64,000 bases of DNA from Phoronis australis (Eukaryota > Animalia > Phoronida): NCBI GenBank assembly GCA_002633005.1, contig NMRA01000038.1:35443-99442 (forward strand), given 5' to 3'. The notes under the pieces were generated by a model that saw nothing but the letters and a program-made list of their open reading frames with translations, ran no database searches and was not told the DNA's origin. Positions within the stretch are counted from its first letter, which is position 1. Every line of letters begins with the position of its first letter. Below, in pieces: positions 36,488 through 49,776 of this stretch. Both the position numbers and the translations under genes were made by a program.

Positions 36488-39400
36488 ATGTGCATGATGT
36501 TTTGGCAAATGTGATGACTTACATGTATAATAAAGCATTACAATTAGAGAACAGGATATCATTTTGTGGAAATAGTCGATTCTCAAATCACACTAGTACT
36601 AATTCATTGATTATCTTCACTGTTCTTGCTGTGAAATCTTTATTTTTGTCGTCTGTCTACGAATTGATTGTCGGTTTTTGTTTGAAAAATTATATTTATG
36701 GACAAACCTAATGCCGGCTCCCTGCGAAGACGCAATACACTCGCCGGCGAACACGCAAAGTCGCCGGACATTTTTTAAAACGCCTTCCGATATCTAATGT
36801 GATCACAAGCACTGCTTAAAAGCAAACCATGTGATTACAGTAGCTTTACCATAGAACTCCAGCCCTGGTTTAATTGTACCACGTGATTTCTTTGACTCGT
36901 CCCTGTGCTATCATCCATATTTTCTTTTCAACTTTGTATTTTCACTTCAATTTCCATAATATATATCCCTTCCTACTCAATCTATTTTTACTGTTTACTC
37001 TCACTTTTCTTATGTCGATGTCACGGTAGTACCGATTGTCCGGAAGATTGTCACCCACCTTCACAGCTCAACATACTATAGTGATAAGAAACTTTGTAAT
37101 TATCTGTACTACTGTAGTAGTTCAGTTTGTCATAATACATATGACCGTTCATCTCACCGTAACGTGTTGTTTCACTGTACACTTTCTTCGGTATCGCTTC
37201 GCAATTAGCGCATACCAGTACTTCTTTTATTACATGACCGCCGAAGCTTCTTTCTTCTGATTGTTTGTCTCTCTCTCGAATAGCTTGTTCTTAGTTGCTT
37301 TGAGGTATTGGCATCGTCTGCTCGCTTCGTGGTCAGGGTTTATGGTTTCTACAGCGCCTGATTGGTCAGATCGCGAAATGCGACATCTTTTGGAATGTGT
37401 TTATGACGGTTTTTCATTGTTCATTAGTTTAGGTATATTCCTTGTACATATAAAGTTTTAACATCTGACGTCCGAGCGTAATGAATGAAAAATGACTTTC
37501 CACACTAAGTTGATAAGTATTACGCCATATCGGAAGTTGTCATGCCGCCGTTCAGCCAATAAAAGGAAAGTAGTCTTGTAATATCATTTAGCCCCGGTGG
37601 TTGCATCTTTCTCTCGATAGAGCGCGCGAGGAGTTGGTTGCGAAGTGCGGAAGAAACAGTTGATTAAGGTCTAGAGATCAATCAAGTGTTCACAAATTTG
37701 ACATATTTTAGTTTTCGTCAATGTATTTATCTTCCGAATTAAAATGGTGATTGAGCAGCGAATTTGATTTATTTTCATAAAGCGATGTTTTTAATCCTTT
37801 ATTGTTGATCTTTATTAGTCTGTTTTGTATTAAGTTACAGTAGTACACAGCTTAACGTATTTTATAAGGACGCTATATGTGTTCGTAAAAAAGCTTGTCT
37901 TATCGTACATGTAGTAATTTCAGCAGACATAAAGTTTTTGCACCACAGGCAAATTCTATTTCGACATCCTATGAGCTGAACAAGGCGCTTTACTTGTAGC
38001 TCGGGGTCCTTCTATCAAAGATAACAAAGAACGAAAATTTCACTTCAGCCAAGTTCTCGGAAAAAAAAGATATATACTTTTACTAGCTGGCATAAATTAG
38101 TCTGTTTTTTGGTATATGAGTAAGAATTTATGTGGCTAAGTTCCATTACCATGATGTGTACAAGGGCATTTATTACCTTACCCAGTGGACCAGGGGCTTC
38201 ATAATACCCCTAACAAAAATAATATAGGGAACCCACACTGTTGGATGTCATTGAATTTTTCTTTCTAGTTTGAAGAGGTACCGAGTATATTTTTGATAGT
38301 AAAATTAAACCAATGTTGCAATGTGGTTCAGATGTACATGTATGGGGTTTTCATCCCCCATGTTTTGTAAATTCCTGTTGTGCCATGGAAAAATGCTATG
38401 GGAGAACTGGGAAGGCACGTTATGTTAACATTAAGATTTTGGTCAATTATTAAACTCTACTTGAAATTGCTTAATGTTGGTGAGAACAATTCTTTGAAAT
38501 CTGTTATAAACATGATTGAATGTATTTTGGCTGCACGAAATAGCAACTGTTAGGCGTTATGCGTGAAGCAGAAACTGTTCAGTTAACTTATGATTTGATA
38601 TTGCTTGAGAACTCACGCTAAAGGTCGCGTTTTTCGTCCGATCCACATGGATACACACATATTCATTTATTTATTTATGTAATATTTACAATGAGGGTAG
38701 CCCCATCAGTTTACATTGCTTTCCATGGGGCCCTCAGGGACGGCCGGGGGGAACCGTACACGAACACCCCTCTAGCCACACATGTACATGTATGATATAA
38801 ATAGTGTACATGTATTAAAAGGATACCAAACCCGCTTTTGTCCTATTATCAGGTGACTTTTCATCCAGTCTTCTGAAACAAAATAATGCTCTGTAACCCT
38901 CGACAACCCTCAAAAGTTTAGAGGAAAATTTGAAAACTCCTGGCAAACGTGACCTACGCTTTTAGCTAATTACACGGAAACTGTGGGAAAAAATAACCAT
39001 CAGGGACCATAATATTCAACTTGTGAGATAAGGAGGGTGAGTTTTTAGTTCATTCCAATTTTAAACTTGCAAGATTGACGCCAATGATACATTAGCAGGT
39101 GACAGAACGAGGATTGGTTGAAATCATCAAAACAGGGTTTGGTGTCCATTTAAGTATTTTCCTTTAACCTATGAAAACACACATTTTGCTTAGGGGCGAC
39201 TTTAATATTCTGGATTCATCATATGATCAAGTGTGTGGGAGTTGTAGTGTGCGGGGCCGGAGCCTTCGACCTTTGGTGTCGTTGACAGTTGTCATTGGCG
39301 TTTTTTTAATTGTCTACGGTACGTTGTCGGTTGTGGTGACAACGGCGATGTTGACGTGGACGCTGGATGCGCTATCGCTTCATCAGCATTGTAGTTGTTG

Positions 39401-40575
39401 CATGATTGTTCCTGCGTTTATGTCATCTTTATCTTTGATGGTATAGACTTCACATAACTTAATGTCGCAGTGGTGTTTGGCAAGGTTGACGATTGGCCGA
39501 TGCTGTATGAGCGTTGCTGTCGTCATCGGCGGTGGTGTCAAGGTCATTGTCAGTTTCGGTCGTTGTCACTGGCTACTACCTTATTGTCATTGGCAGTCTT
39601 GTCGCTTTGTATTCCCGTCATCATCAGTTTTTATTAGTGGATGATTTGGCCAACAGTGCTTTGGTCGCTGCATTTATAGATGTCCTTGCATTCCTAGAAT
39701 AGATTTTCATTAGATTTCGCCATATGTCGCTCCTCAGAACGTTTTCATTACTTTGGGAAATGAAATTTCTTGAAGTATTTTCCTTTGTCATAAAATTTCT
39801 TTTGTTTGTACGCCCTCTGCAGGTATATCATTTTTCGTCCGGTGGACACGAAATTCAAACACAATACATATATCGTTAAATTATATGTGAAACTGGTACG
39901 AAGGTGGCGCTGTGATGGACATTTTTGAGTTTTTGATCGCGGAGCTCTAGCTCTGCAATCTTTTGACGGAGCTTTCTGATTGAAATTTGCTATGAAATCT
40001 AGTCAATGTCTAAATGAAGTGGGTCGTACATTTCTCACCACTTTTGGGAGGCACATTTATAAAATATCCCTTAAAAGCCATTTTAGCATTTATTCTTTCG
40101 GTAACATTATAGAGTCAATTTCATAAAACATTCCCCCCTTAAGCCCAAGATGATACCATAAAGGCTTAGCAGGCGTATCCTTCTTCAAGTCTAAAGTGAC
40201 CTTTTCTCGTGAAATAACGACCAGGTGGGCTGAAACGGTGTCGACAGGGTGATTTTGAAAAAAGTGGGATCACGGGGGTTCAAAAGTTTGGGAAATCGAA
40301 TCCGTTTTTGCCTTCAATAAGGTTTTCCCCGCTGCAGGCCAGGCCAAGGTGTCCGCACCAGTTCTTTCAATCATTATAGCTCAAACATAAGAAAATATCT
40401 TTTGTAGCCTTCACACGTAGTAGTCTACAAGCACTAAATGCCCATCTAGCCAAGCACGTGCAAATTGGTGAGATAAATAAAATTATGACTGAAAACTATG
40501 GAGTGCCACCATTGTCTTTGGCTGAGTCACGTGATCGAATGGGTAGAGCGACAGTGAGACTGGCCATCTGGTCAC

Positions 40576-40633
40576 TTCATGCACTCCATACAATTCATGC
40601 ACTCCATACAATTCATGCACTCCATACAATTCA
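40576..40633. repeat. 18-bp minisatellite x3.2
   Basis: TTCATGCACTCCATACAA repeated three times perfectly. Confidence 0.95.
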
Positions 40634-43600
40634 AAGGAGACACTATCCGAGACTTGGTCCAGTTCATCATTTATATTTTGTGCAAGTAAATTACCAGTTC
40701 TGGAAACATATTGTAACAGGTTGCAAATCGTCCACTCCAGTCTCCATCTCACTCACCCGTGTCGGGATTTATACCTTGACACATGCAATTGTTTTGTTTT
40801 TTTTCACTTTCTGTTTTCAAGTTCCCAGCCTCAAACATTGTTGAATTGATTCCGTTTCACTGGCCTTATAGGAAGCCAAACATAAGCAAACTCAGGCAGG
40901 CACATTTGCCCTTACGTAACCTACTTACATGCATATGTATGTGTACATGCGCATGTAAACATGATGTTTCTAAAATAAATCATTCACTACTGGTCGATGA
41001 AATGGAAATACGTAAGCATCTCGTCGGAAAACATTCTTTCGTCTGGCTTCCCGTTATGAACGTCTGGATGTCTCAACCGGTTCGCTAAAGCTAAGATGTA
41101 ATCTTTGTAGAAAACGTCATCACTTTCTGAGTAGAGTCTAGCGTCGTTGTCACTGTTGTGGAAACTATGGCTACTTCGTTTTCCAAATCTAATGCCACAT
41201 GCTGTACAACATTTACTTAGACGGAGTCGTATGCAACAGAATTCACAGCTATTTTGAGAGTTTCTTTTTGCATTGATCTCTCTGTAAGAAGTCGCTGATC
41301 TGGAAATTGGTAGTCCATCTGAAAAATAAGTGTCAACCAGGACATAAATTAGTCTTCAAGCCTATACACTTACAATGTACATGAAAATTTCTCCACCAAT
41401 CGTTCAGGTAATATTGTCCAGATTATTGTTTAGTTACAATATATAATCTTAGTTGTCTGTCTTGTACGTTTTCCTTTGAATAATCAAACAGCAAGCGAAT
41501 ACCTTATGTTACAGGCAAGGAAAATGAACATATTTGTCGAAACGTGAAGCTAGAGAGAGCGTTCACATATTACCTCATTTGAACGGGGAAGGGTTTGGAA
41601 AACATGACGATTTGACAAGGGCGTAAAGTACAGTCTCGTGGTGACGACATCAAGTGATTTATTAGAATATCCTCATCACATTAAATACATGTATAAGTGG
41701 GACATTTCTGTTGCTTACAACAACGCCCAACCACTTGATACCATATTCGAGCACCTGAACCGTTTATACTGTTAAAATGGAAATAAACAATTGCAATTTG
41801 GTAGTTAAAATGGTTTACTTTATTCCAAGACATACACGTACATGTAACACATTCCTTATATGGAAAATGTGACCTTTGACCTGAAGCGATTTCAAGCAAC
41901 TGACTGTGAGCGCTTGCGCGCATTTATCACTCATTTAAGTGGGGTGGAGATGAGAAACTCTGTTGCAAGCACAGAGTTTTTCCTTCGTGCGTATTTCAAA
42001 AATAGTGAATGTTGTGTTTTTTCTGGAAATTTCCTAACAGGGAAAATGAATTACTTTGTATTAGACGTTGCGTGATGGTACTTATTTTCGTCAAAAATCG
42101 TTTAAAAACTATTTTGACGAGCTTTTGCGTTCCATGCCTCTTATGGTAACTGCAAGGAATATTGCCTGACATGTTAACTAGGAGTTAAGGTAACTGTTGT
42201 GACTAGTTTTCAATATGTTAATGAGCTTTTCGGGTGACTGTGATGAATATTGTGTATTTATCCGACCACTTAGGTACAAAAGGGGCAGTTGTTGAGGCCA
42301 TGTCCCCTCTAACTCGGGGGTTACTGGCGGTGTCATACATTAATGTGCTTAATGACTACCGAGAGAGCTTTGCTCATTATTTTGTCAGATATCATCAATA
42401 CGTAAAGAACATTTTGTTAATGTGCCACTTCGGCATTTGATACTGTTTAACCATCCATACAGTCATGTATGTGGGCGTTAGGGAATGCCTTGATGGTCGT
42501 ACACTGAATATAGTGAAGGGCGTAGTCGTGTTTTTTATTGCAAATTACAATGATTTATAATTTACCTGTCGATGAAGACACCGCGAGCAAAATCAGTGCG
42601 CCTAGTACAATTTGTCTCAACCTGAAAATGAACATGTTCATGTGATTAATCACAGAGAAAAAAGGGCAACAAAGGAGCTCATCAACTTAAAACAACAAAC
42701 TAGCAAAACGTTTATTTCAAAACTCATAGGGCCATTTGCCCCACAGTTCAACATATTAATATACAAACAGCATAATCTCCCCAATTCATCAAATACTAAT
42801 AATTTCGCTCCTAATTGCCATTGCCTGTTGAATGAAGGTTGCTGTATTTCTGTTTCAATTTCATCGGTGTTACAAACTTTACAAATTCTTTATGGTCGAG
42901 TTATATTGTTTCGTCTACCCAACTTAATCATGCATAAATTTGATTTAAAGACAAGCTACCACATAAATAATTTGTAAATGTTAATTCAGATTTAATTGAA
43001 CGTTAAAAATTACATTTATCCGTATTTGCAAGAGAATTCGGCCACAATTGAGACTTCATACCCCTAAGTCTTTGCTTAAAAGAAATTAGAAAATTCATTT
43101 CACCACCAACACCTTGTCGCAACCAAACATATCCAAACCCAGATGTGAGTAATACAATTTTACTGAGGTACACCAGTTCTTCTGAGTTTTCAAATCCTTT
43201 TCACGCAGCATTATTTAACATTGTCTTAGCAGTATACCGTCATTCGTTTTCAACAATATCAAATAGTTCTTAATGGGGTATGCACATATATGTCACACAC
43301 AAATCAAAACGTCCACATTCACCTTTTGCGATAACATTTGCTGTTTTGATACCTGTACGTAACAACCATTTACAAAACGCAAGCTGGACACTTTCTATTT
43401 CCTTTCTGTGGGTTGTACCCCCATTTCTGCACCATAAAACAGATTAGGTGCCACCATAGAATCAAATAATGTAAATGCTATTTTTACATTTCTATTTGGT
43501 CCCATTTTGTATTAATAAAACTTGGCTAAATTAAGGGCTTTATTTGCCTGTTGGGCAAGTGTTTTGCAAAACATCGTCCAACTCAGCTTGCATAAGAAAC

Positions 43601-43743
43601 CAATTCCTAGGTATTTATAGTAGCTGCGTGAATTTAATTTAGCTCCCTTATGGAACCATTTATCATTATTATTCAGAGTACCACCTTTTTGAAGTCCGCT
43701 ATGTTTGATTTATCGACATTCACAGACATGTTCACCATTTTAA

Positions 43744-44581
43744 AGGCGAAGGCAACCTTTTCTCATGTCATTTTTAGCAAAAATAAGGTTTGATGATTAT
43801 CCCAGACATATTTTCCACTTAATTACAGCTTTTCGTAATTTGATTAATTATTCGTTATCCACTCCGGAAGTGACGTTTTGGGAGCCAAGGATTTCGCGCC
43901 AATTTCTTTTCCCATAGTCTGACTATATGAGCGTTGTCGAGTCAGTCATTCATCTACCTCGGTTGTCATAAGTTCAGTCGTCGTTTGTTTTTGTTTACGA
44001 GTCAGTCAACATGCCACACTGTTGGTGCGTACCGGGATGTACTCATTATGGCCCAAAGCCTGGAAGCAGCTCTGCTGCGATGTTGACTAGTGGGAGTGAA
44101 TACAGGTTTGCGTTCAGTAGACGCTAGGACCTACGCTAGGACCTAGCTAAAACCTAGTCAAAGTCACATGCTCTCACTTAAAATGCACGACAATATCTCA
44201 CGTAATCTCTCGAAGTCTTGCTTTTTAGCGAGGTCCAAGCGTTCCTGAACGGGAGACAGGCCCCGTTCGAAACCCAGTGAAGAGGACAGTTCGTCGTACA
44301 TCCCGGTACGCAGCAACAGTGTGGCATGTTGACTGACTCGTAAACAAAATCACACGATGACCGAACTTATCTAAACCGAGATAGAACAATGACTGACTCG
44401 GCAGCTCTCACAGTCAGACTATACGAAAAGAAATAGGCGGGAAATTCTTGCCTCCCAAAACGTCACTTCCGGAGTAGACAATTAGATTAAGAAAAGCTGT
44501 AATTAAGTAGAAAATGTGTCTGGGATAACCAACAAACCTTATTTTTGCTAAGAAAGAGATGGAAAAAGGTTACCTTCGCCT
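43744..44581. mobile_element. Non-autonomous Kolobok-type fold-back element with ~290-bp TIRs and TTAA TSD
   Basis: TTAA|AGGCGAAGG...CCTTCGCCT|TTAA. Arms 43744-44042 and 44296-44581 are imperfect reverse complements. RR..YY termini with a TTAA target are typical of Kolobok. Confidence 0.85.
44110..44252. mobile_element. Small MITE nested in the spacer of the Kolobok-type element
   Basis: TIRs GTTCAGTAGACGCTAGGACCT..GCTAAAA and TTTTAGCGAGGTCCAAGCGTTCCTGAAC. Same family as 16415-17162. Confidence 0.65.
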
Positions 44582-45014
44582 TTAAAGAATAAATTTCCAA
44601 TGAATTAGCCTTCTGTGAAGTTGCACTAGAGTGCCACCAACCAAACTGACATTATCTGCAAAAAGTAACAAGAATACATTTGCTATATCTTGTTTTACTT
44701 GTATGTCACTGTTTCTACCAGTCTGTACTTCAGTTGCTAGTTAATTGATATACAGTGAAAACAAAATTGGGAAACTGATCATACAGCCTTTAGCGCGTGT
44801 AACGAGGGTACTGTTTTCCAATCAACGACAGACTTTTCTTTGTCAAAAAGGCGGAAAATTATACAAGAAAATGTAGTTTATTAGATTGTTTTCACTTAAA
44901 GGGCTGCAAGAGGCAAGGTGAGTGTCAGTTGACTCCCCGCCGGTCGTTAACTCTATATGTTGACGAGGCGACGGGTAGAACTACCCGAGTTGTGTGAAAT
45001 TTCTTGTTTTAACG

Positions 45015-45148
45015 CATGGGAAGTACAGCACTTAAATTAGTGGTGGGGCTATAGCCCTCTCCCAACCTCCTATGGTGCGCCACCCATGTGACCAGGGGCG
45101 GCGCAGCACTGAAATAATTGGGAACTTTAGCCCCCAACCCCTTATAGT
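45015..45148. mobile_element. Two adjacent CATGGGCGGCGCA-family mini-MITEs
   Basis: 45015-45088 (CATGGG...CCCATG) and a partial copy from 45093. Homologous to 49705-49776. Confidence 0.6.
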
Positions 45149-47199
45149 GTTAAACAGACCTCAACACACAGTGGTACCCTGCTGAATTTTGACAATAGCC
45201 TTCTTACAGCTAGTCGACAAACCAAACCTCAAAAAGGGTTGGAAGTTCGCACAGTGGATGTGTAGAATCAAGTGCCATTAACATTTCATTTGAACTGTAG
45301 ATTAAACATTACTTTGTACACTTCGGAATTGCGATCGTCTGAACACTTTCAATTTATGAAATAAAACGGCGATTATAACTGCACGGAAATCAAGACATTT
45401 GAAACAATTTATTTACTCAAAAATTGGACTCTTAAATTTTCGCTTGTCATTCAGCCATTTGCAATTTTAACCTACTGATGAACTCATTAACTAAATGCAT
45501 TCAATGGGATACGACGATTTTATTTGTTGTTCTTTGAGGAGGGCAATAAGAGGCGAAATATAATCTATAAGACCGTTTGAGATTTTCTAAACGTGTCAAA
45601 GGAATTTGATTTGGTTAGTACTAACATACTGCACAAGAATTTTTCCCTCGTTCTTTTGGTTTATACCCATTTCACCACGTAGTGAAAAGCAATCCGGGGG
45701 ACCTTCAGCTCTCTGTAAGCCACATTTGCTTGTCGTGAACAATTTGTGTTGATTTACCATCTCTCAGCTTCCCGATTTATGGCCGGCCGTTCAACAGGTA
45801 TGTTACATTTTTACAACCGATGGCATATGCTAAATTTTTGCATATATTGTAAATTAGCTTCAGATTGTATGTAAGTCTTAACAACATCAGAAATACTGGA
45901 TTTCTATGAAATTTCAGGTCTTGGAATACTTGCGTTCCTAAATCATTTCTTTCAAGACAATTCATGGGAAATCTTTAAACGAGCAATACTCCATTAAATT
46001 AGACGCTTGAATTAACGAGGACCTAAGATATTAATGTGCTTGGAGAATTAATCACTCTAGCCGTGGTAATATACTTATAATTTTGAAGATGGTTATAAAT
46101 CAGAAAACATTACCAGGGAGGGTCTTAACTTAAAATGACTAAACAACGATTTTACGAAAGTAATTGCAAAATTACTGCTTAACTGACAAGAAAATAATTT
46201 ATGTCATTAGAAGGCGTCGACTATTGCCAACAGAGTTTGATCAGTTTCTTTATTGTTTTGGTTTTCAAATAAACGGTGTAATTGTGCTGTGAGAATAATA
46301 TCGCCAATGACGGCTCTCGGAAATTCCCGTACGCGTGTCCGTAATACCGCCGATGTGTACATATAGAATGCGGTGCAATCAAATATAATTTCACCGGTAT
46401 CCCGAAACGTTACCTAGAGTTCATGCAATCCGGATGACCTTTTGTCCCAAAGTTGATATTACGTAGAACACGCCTATGGTATCTGTGGTATAACTGAAAC
46501 TGATTCGAAATATGCTGCTTATTGAGAAACACATGCCTTTTCTGCCGTAATTGTGCAGTGCAGTAGACAAGGATATGGTGGACCGGAGAAAGAAATGGCC
46601 ATTCAATGGACCTTGTATTGCGAAGTCACTGTTAGCATGAGAAGATATGGGCGGCGCACCACAGGGGTCTGGAGGGGGCTATAGCCGATAAATGTCCATC
46701 AAAAATGATAGAAGAGAAACAGCCCATGGACTACAACTGTTGACAAATGAAGATTAATTTGTTTTAAGGCTTCCACTGGCGTTATCGGGGCTGAGTTCTG
46801 AAGACGCGAAAATCGGGCGGAGGAAGCTACAGGTACATGTACATGTACATGCAGTGGGATCGAGTGTTGCATTTTGTGGTGATTTCTCGCGAAATCTTGC
46901 GTTACATTGAGTTTTCACCAGGTTGTCGCGTCTACGGAACGCTCGCCTGAAAACTTGGAAAGGACGTACGAGGGGTTGCAATGTTCGAGAATCTGGGAAC
47001 ACTTTACAAATCAACAGCTTAACATACATAAAATTGAAACGAATTTTGACCATGGTCAGGGCTTTTTGCAATGAACAATGGGCATGACCCCGTTGTGTCC
47101 CCACCCTCCCTAATCCTTTTTTACGTCGGTGATGGTACCCAAAACAACCGACAAAATGAAGTCGTACTGCTATTTCTCCCCTGTACCTATGTGTTTTCC

Positions 47200-48975
47200 A
47201 GTCCTCGCCCAAGGTGTAATTCCACCTGGACTGGTTAACATATTATTTGGTTTGCTTTCACAACCAAGGATTCGAGTAACAAACGTGTGCTATTCCCCTT
47301 TTGTGGTAACGTCCGAAGCCCGAAATTGTACTGAGAATCAAACAGTTTCATTGGAAAACCTTCTATCCCATGAATGCTGCGTGCTGAGATACAATAAGTA
47401 TCCTTTACAGTCTTACAGCATGGTACCCAAGATATCACGACTGGGGTCTATTCTCCAAATTTGAATTACTTTTCACAATTTCCCGGTTCTACTTTTGATT
47501 GAACTCAAGGAACATGTAGTGTCCATCATTCTGTACATTACGGTTTATTGCAGATAAGTATCTACATGTAGTCCAATTTTGCGCTTGAAGACCCCAAATT
47601 TAGAGGCAGAAACTCCAGTAAAACTCGAGATAGGAAAATGTCAAAAAGAATCTCGAGTTCGAGTTGGCATACTAACATTTGACCTTTGACCCTGGTTATG
47701 GCAACAGTACAGCAAATCAAGTTTCTAAAAGCGTGCGCATTTTCGAAAAAGCACACTCGACGGTTTTATGACTTGGGATTTTGTTCCCAAAATTGTGCAT
47801 AGGCGCGTGTTCAGGAAAAGACTTCAACATAATCAGTGTTACAATGATTAAATTACTGACACATTTAAAAGTTCCTTTCTAGTTAAAGCTCGAGTCTGAG
47901 GTTACCCTAGAAATTTTTAACGTGGTATAATTTCCCAGCGGTTCTAATCAATTTTGCTTACGTCACTACAGATGTGACGCCAGCGGACGAGATCATTTCG
48001 CGCCACCTTTGTTTTGGCGACAGTTCAACCTGAACATCTGTGGATTGTACAGTATGTTATTTAACAAAAAATACCGTTCGCTTTCAACGATTGTTTTGCA
48101 ACAAACTAGATTGATTGAATTAGAACTCATATGAGTTGAATTTAGCCGGTTGGTCTGCAGTGGACAGTATGGCCGAGTGGGAAACCTCAACTTGACTCTC
48201 AGTAACGGAGCAATGGTAGAAAGTGGAAATAAGCGCATATTCGTTTATACTGGCATAGACGGAAGCTAGTGCACAGGCCCAGGCAACGTTTGAGCCGAGT
48301 GGAGGTCGAAGAAAGACACTTGGACTCCCACTGAGTTGACACCGCACCTAACAATTCCCTCACTGTACTCCTGGCACATTCGAAACAACAATAGCTTTTA
48401 GATCAAATCAACGATGAATTTTTCAAAAGCCGCCTCCAAGGCCTGTTCACTAAATCCGGACGACTCACTGCTCTCAACTGATTGTGAGCTGGGTCTGTAT
48501 TCACAGCCACTATTGATCATCGCTTCAGGGTTGCTTATGTGCTCTAGTTGGGCCGGAAACACCACCAACACATGGTGAAACTGTGATTGGTTTCGTCATG
48601 GGCTCTGCGGTGGCTCTGACACACGGGTGTGACAACAGCTTCTTGTGCGTAACTGCCGTGGCTGCAACTTGGAACGCTTCCCGTTTCAAAACGCAATCCG
48701 AGCACGTAGCGATGTACATGTAACAGAGCCGAACGTACAATGTAAGTATCGAGGGAATAACATCCTTCTCCAAAATGTGTCTTGGAGGTACTTTCATGTG
48801 CTCTACATGACTGATGGTACAAAATGTTAATATTTTTGCGCAGCTTTAGCTGAGACATGGACAGTCGATGCTCCATTCTCTCTCGGACGAGCCAACTTCG
48901 ACGTATCTGGCCTTCCATGGGAAATCTGTGAACTTCTGGAAACATATACTCAATGACAGCCCATAATGCGTGCAT
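47200..48975 (-). pseudogene. Decayed THAP-domain transposase (Kolobok-like)
   Basis: ORF 48544..48975 has VHRFP..RRSW..THF..GSVPS, matching THAP hallmarks HxFP, RxxW, CxxHF and AVPxI. Downstream KFIVD, HSAILS..PAKF, KTIVESERYFL and GIEGF loosely resemble Kolobok-type core blocks. Zinc ligands and the reading frame are eroded. Confidence 0.5.
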
Positions 48976-49704
48976 CTAAGTTCAGGAACAAACTGTAGTC
49001 GATTAAAGGTCTAACTTGTTGCAAGCTAACACACTGACGCACCCGATGCCAGACAAAGTCCTGCGTGCATGGAAACACAATGACGCACCCCGCTGTGACC
49101 GGATCGATGGAAGGAATCGATTTGGTCTGCGGTCATAACATTCGGTGTGACGCATGCGGAAATAACTTAGAACCCGGAAAATCAATTTAAGTTAAAAAAT
49201 TATCCAGGATAACCCGAAAATCGTGTTTTAAATAAAATAACCCTAAAACGGTTGCTTTTCCCTTCGAGTTGTGAAATATCATTTGTTGGCATCATTAAAT
49301 ACAGAAGGCTGCTTATAATGACACATGCCATTGTACCTTTTTCTAAGTTCAGTGCCTTTACACATTAAAAAAGAAAATGGTACTGGTCCTCAATTAAATT
49401 AGGACAGAAAGGGCACAGTCTCTTCTGACTCGTTATTATATAAGAGAGAACTTCAGGAAGAATACTTGAACTCGGAGAACAATCCAGTTTAATTGTTAAA
49501 AAGTTGAAAAATACAGTATCAGGAACAATTTTTTGCGTCTGATGCGCCCGTCGGTATAGGCAAGTACCGAAACCCGGAAGGAGAACTCTGCTCCTCTGGG
49601 GAGGAACACTTAGTCGCCTACAAATCTTGAATACATGAAATTCGTGAGACCATTTTCCTGACACTAGCCAATCCCAGATATTCCGCCAAATAAACTCCAG
49701 TTTA

Positions 49705-49776
49705 CATGGGCGGCGCAACACTGAAAAAAGCGGGGGTCTATAGCCCGCCCCAGCACCGTATGGTGCACGGACCATG
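49705..49776. mobile_element. 72-bp mini-MITE with near-perfect 5-bp TSD
   Basis: CATGGGCGGCGCA...TGCACGGACCATG, flanked by GTTTA and GTTTG. Confidence 0.7.

Larger units (their letters stand above)
42780..44790 (-). mobile_element. Decayed CR1/L2/RTE-X-group LINE (RT and C-terminal region), interrupted by a Kolobok-type element
   Basis: Minus-strand GCMISFPILFSLYIN (~44787-44743), LLLFADNV (~44671-44648), YYKYLGI (~43622-43602), YGAE (~43436) and GRRNNITRPxRICKVCNTDEIE (~42920-42853), in the correct order. Multiple stops and frameshifts. Confidence 0.8.

Noticed and set aside
39171-39702. Hydrophobic, membrane-protein-like ORFs
   Set aside because: The region is a decayed GTT/GTC/CAT-rich simple repeat, which explains the Val/Ser/Leu bias.
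40458-40844. 128-aa ORF with HALHTI repeats
   Set aside because: The repeat comes from an 18-bp minisatellite, and there is no other coding signal.
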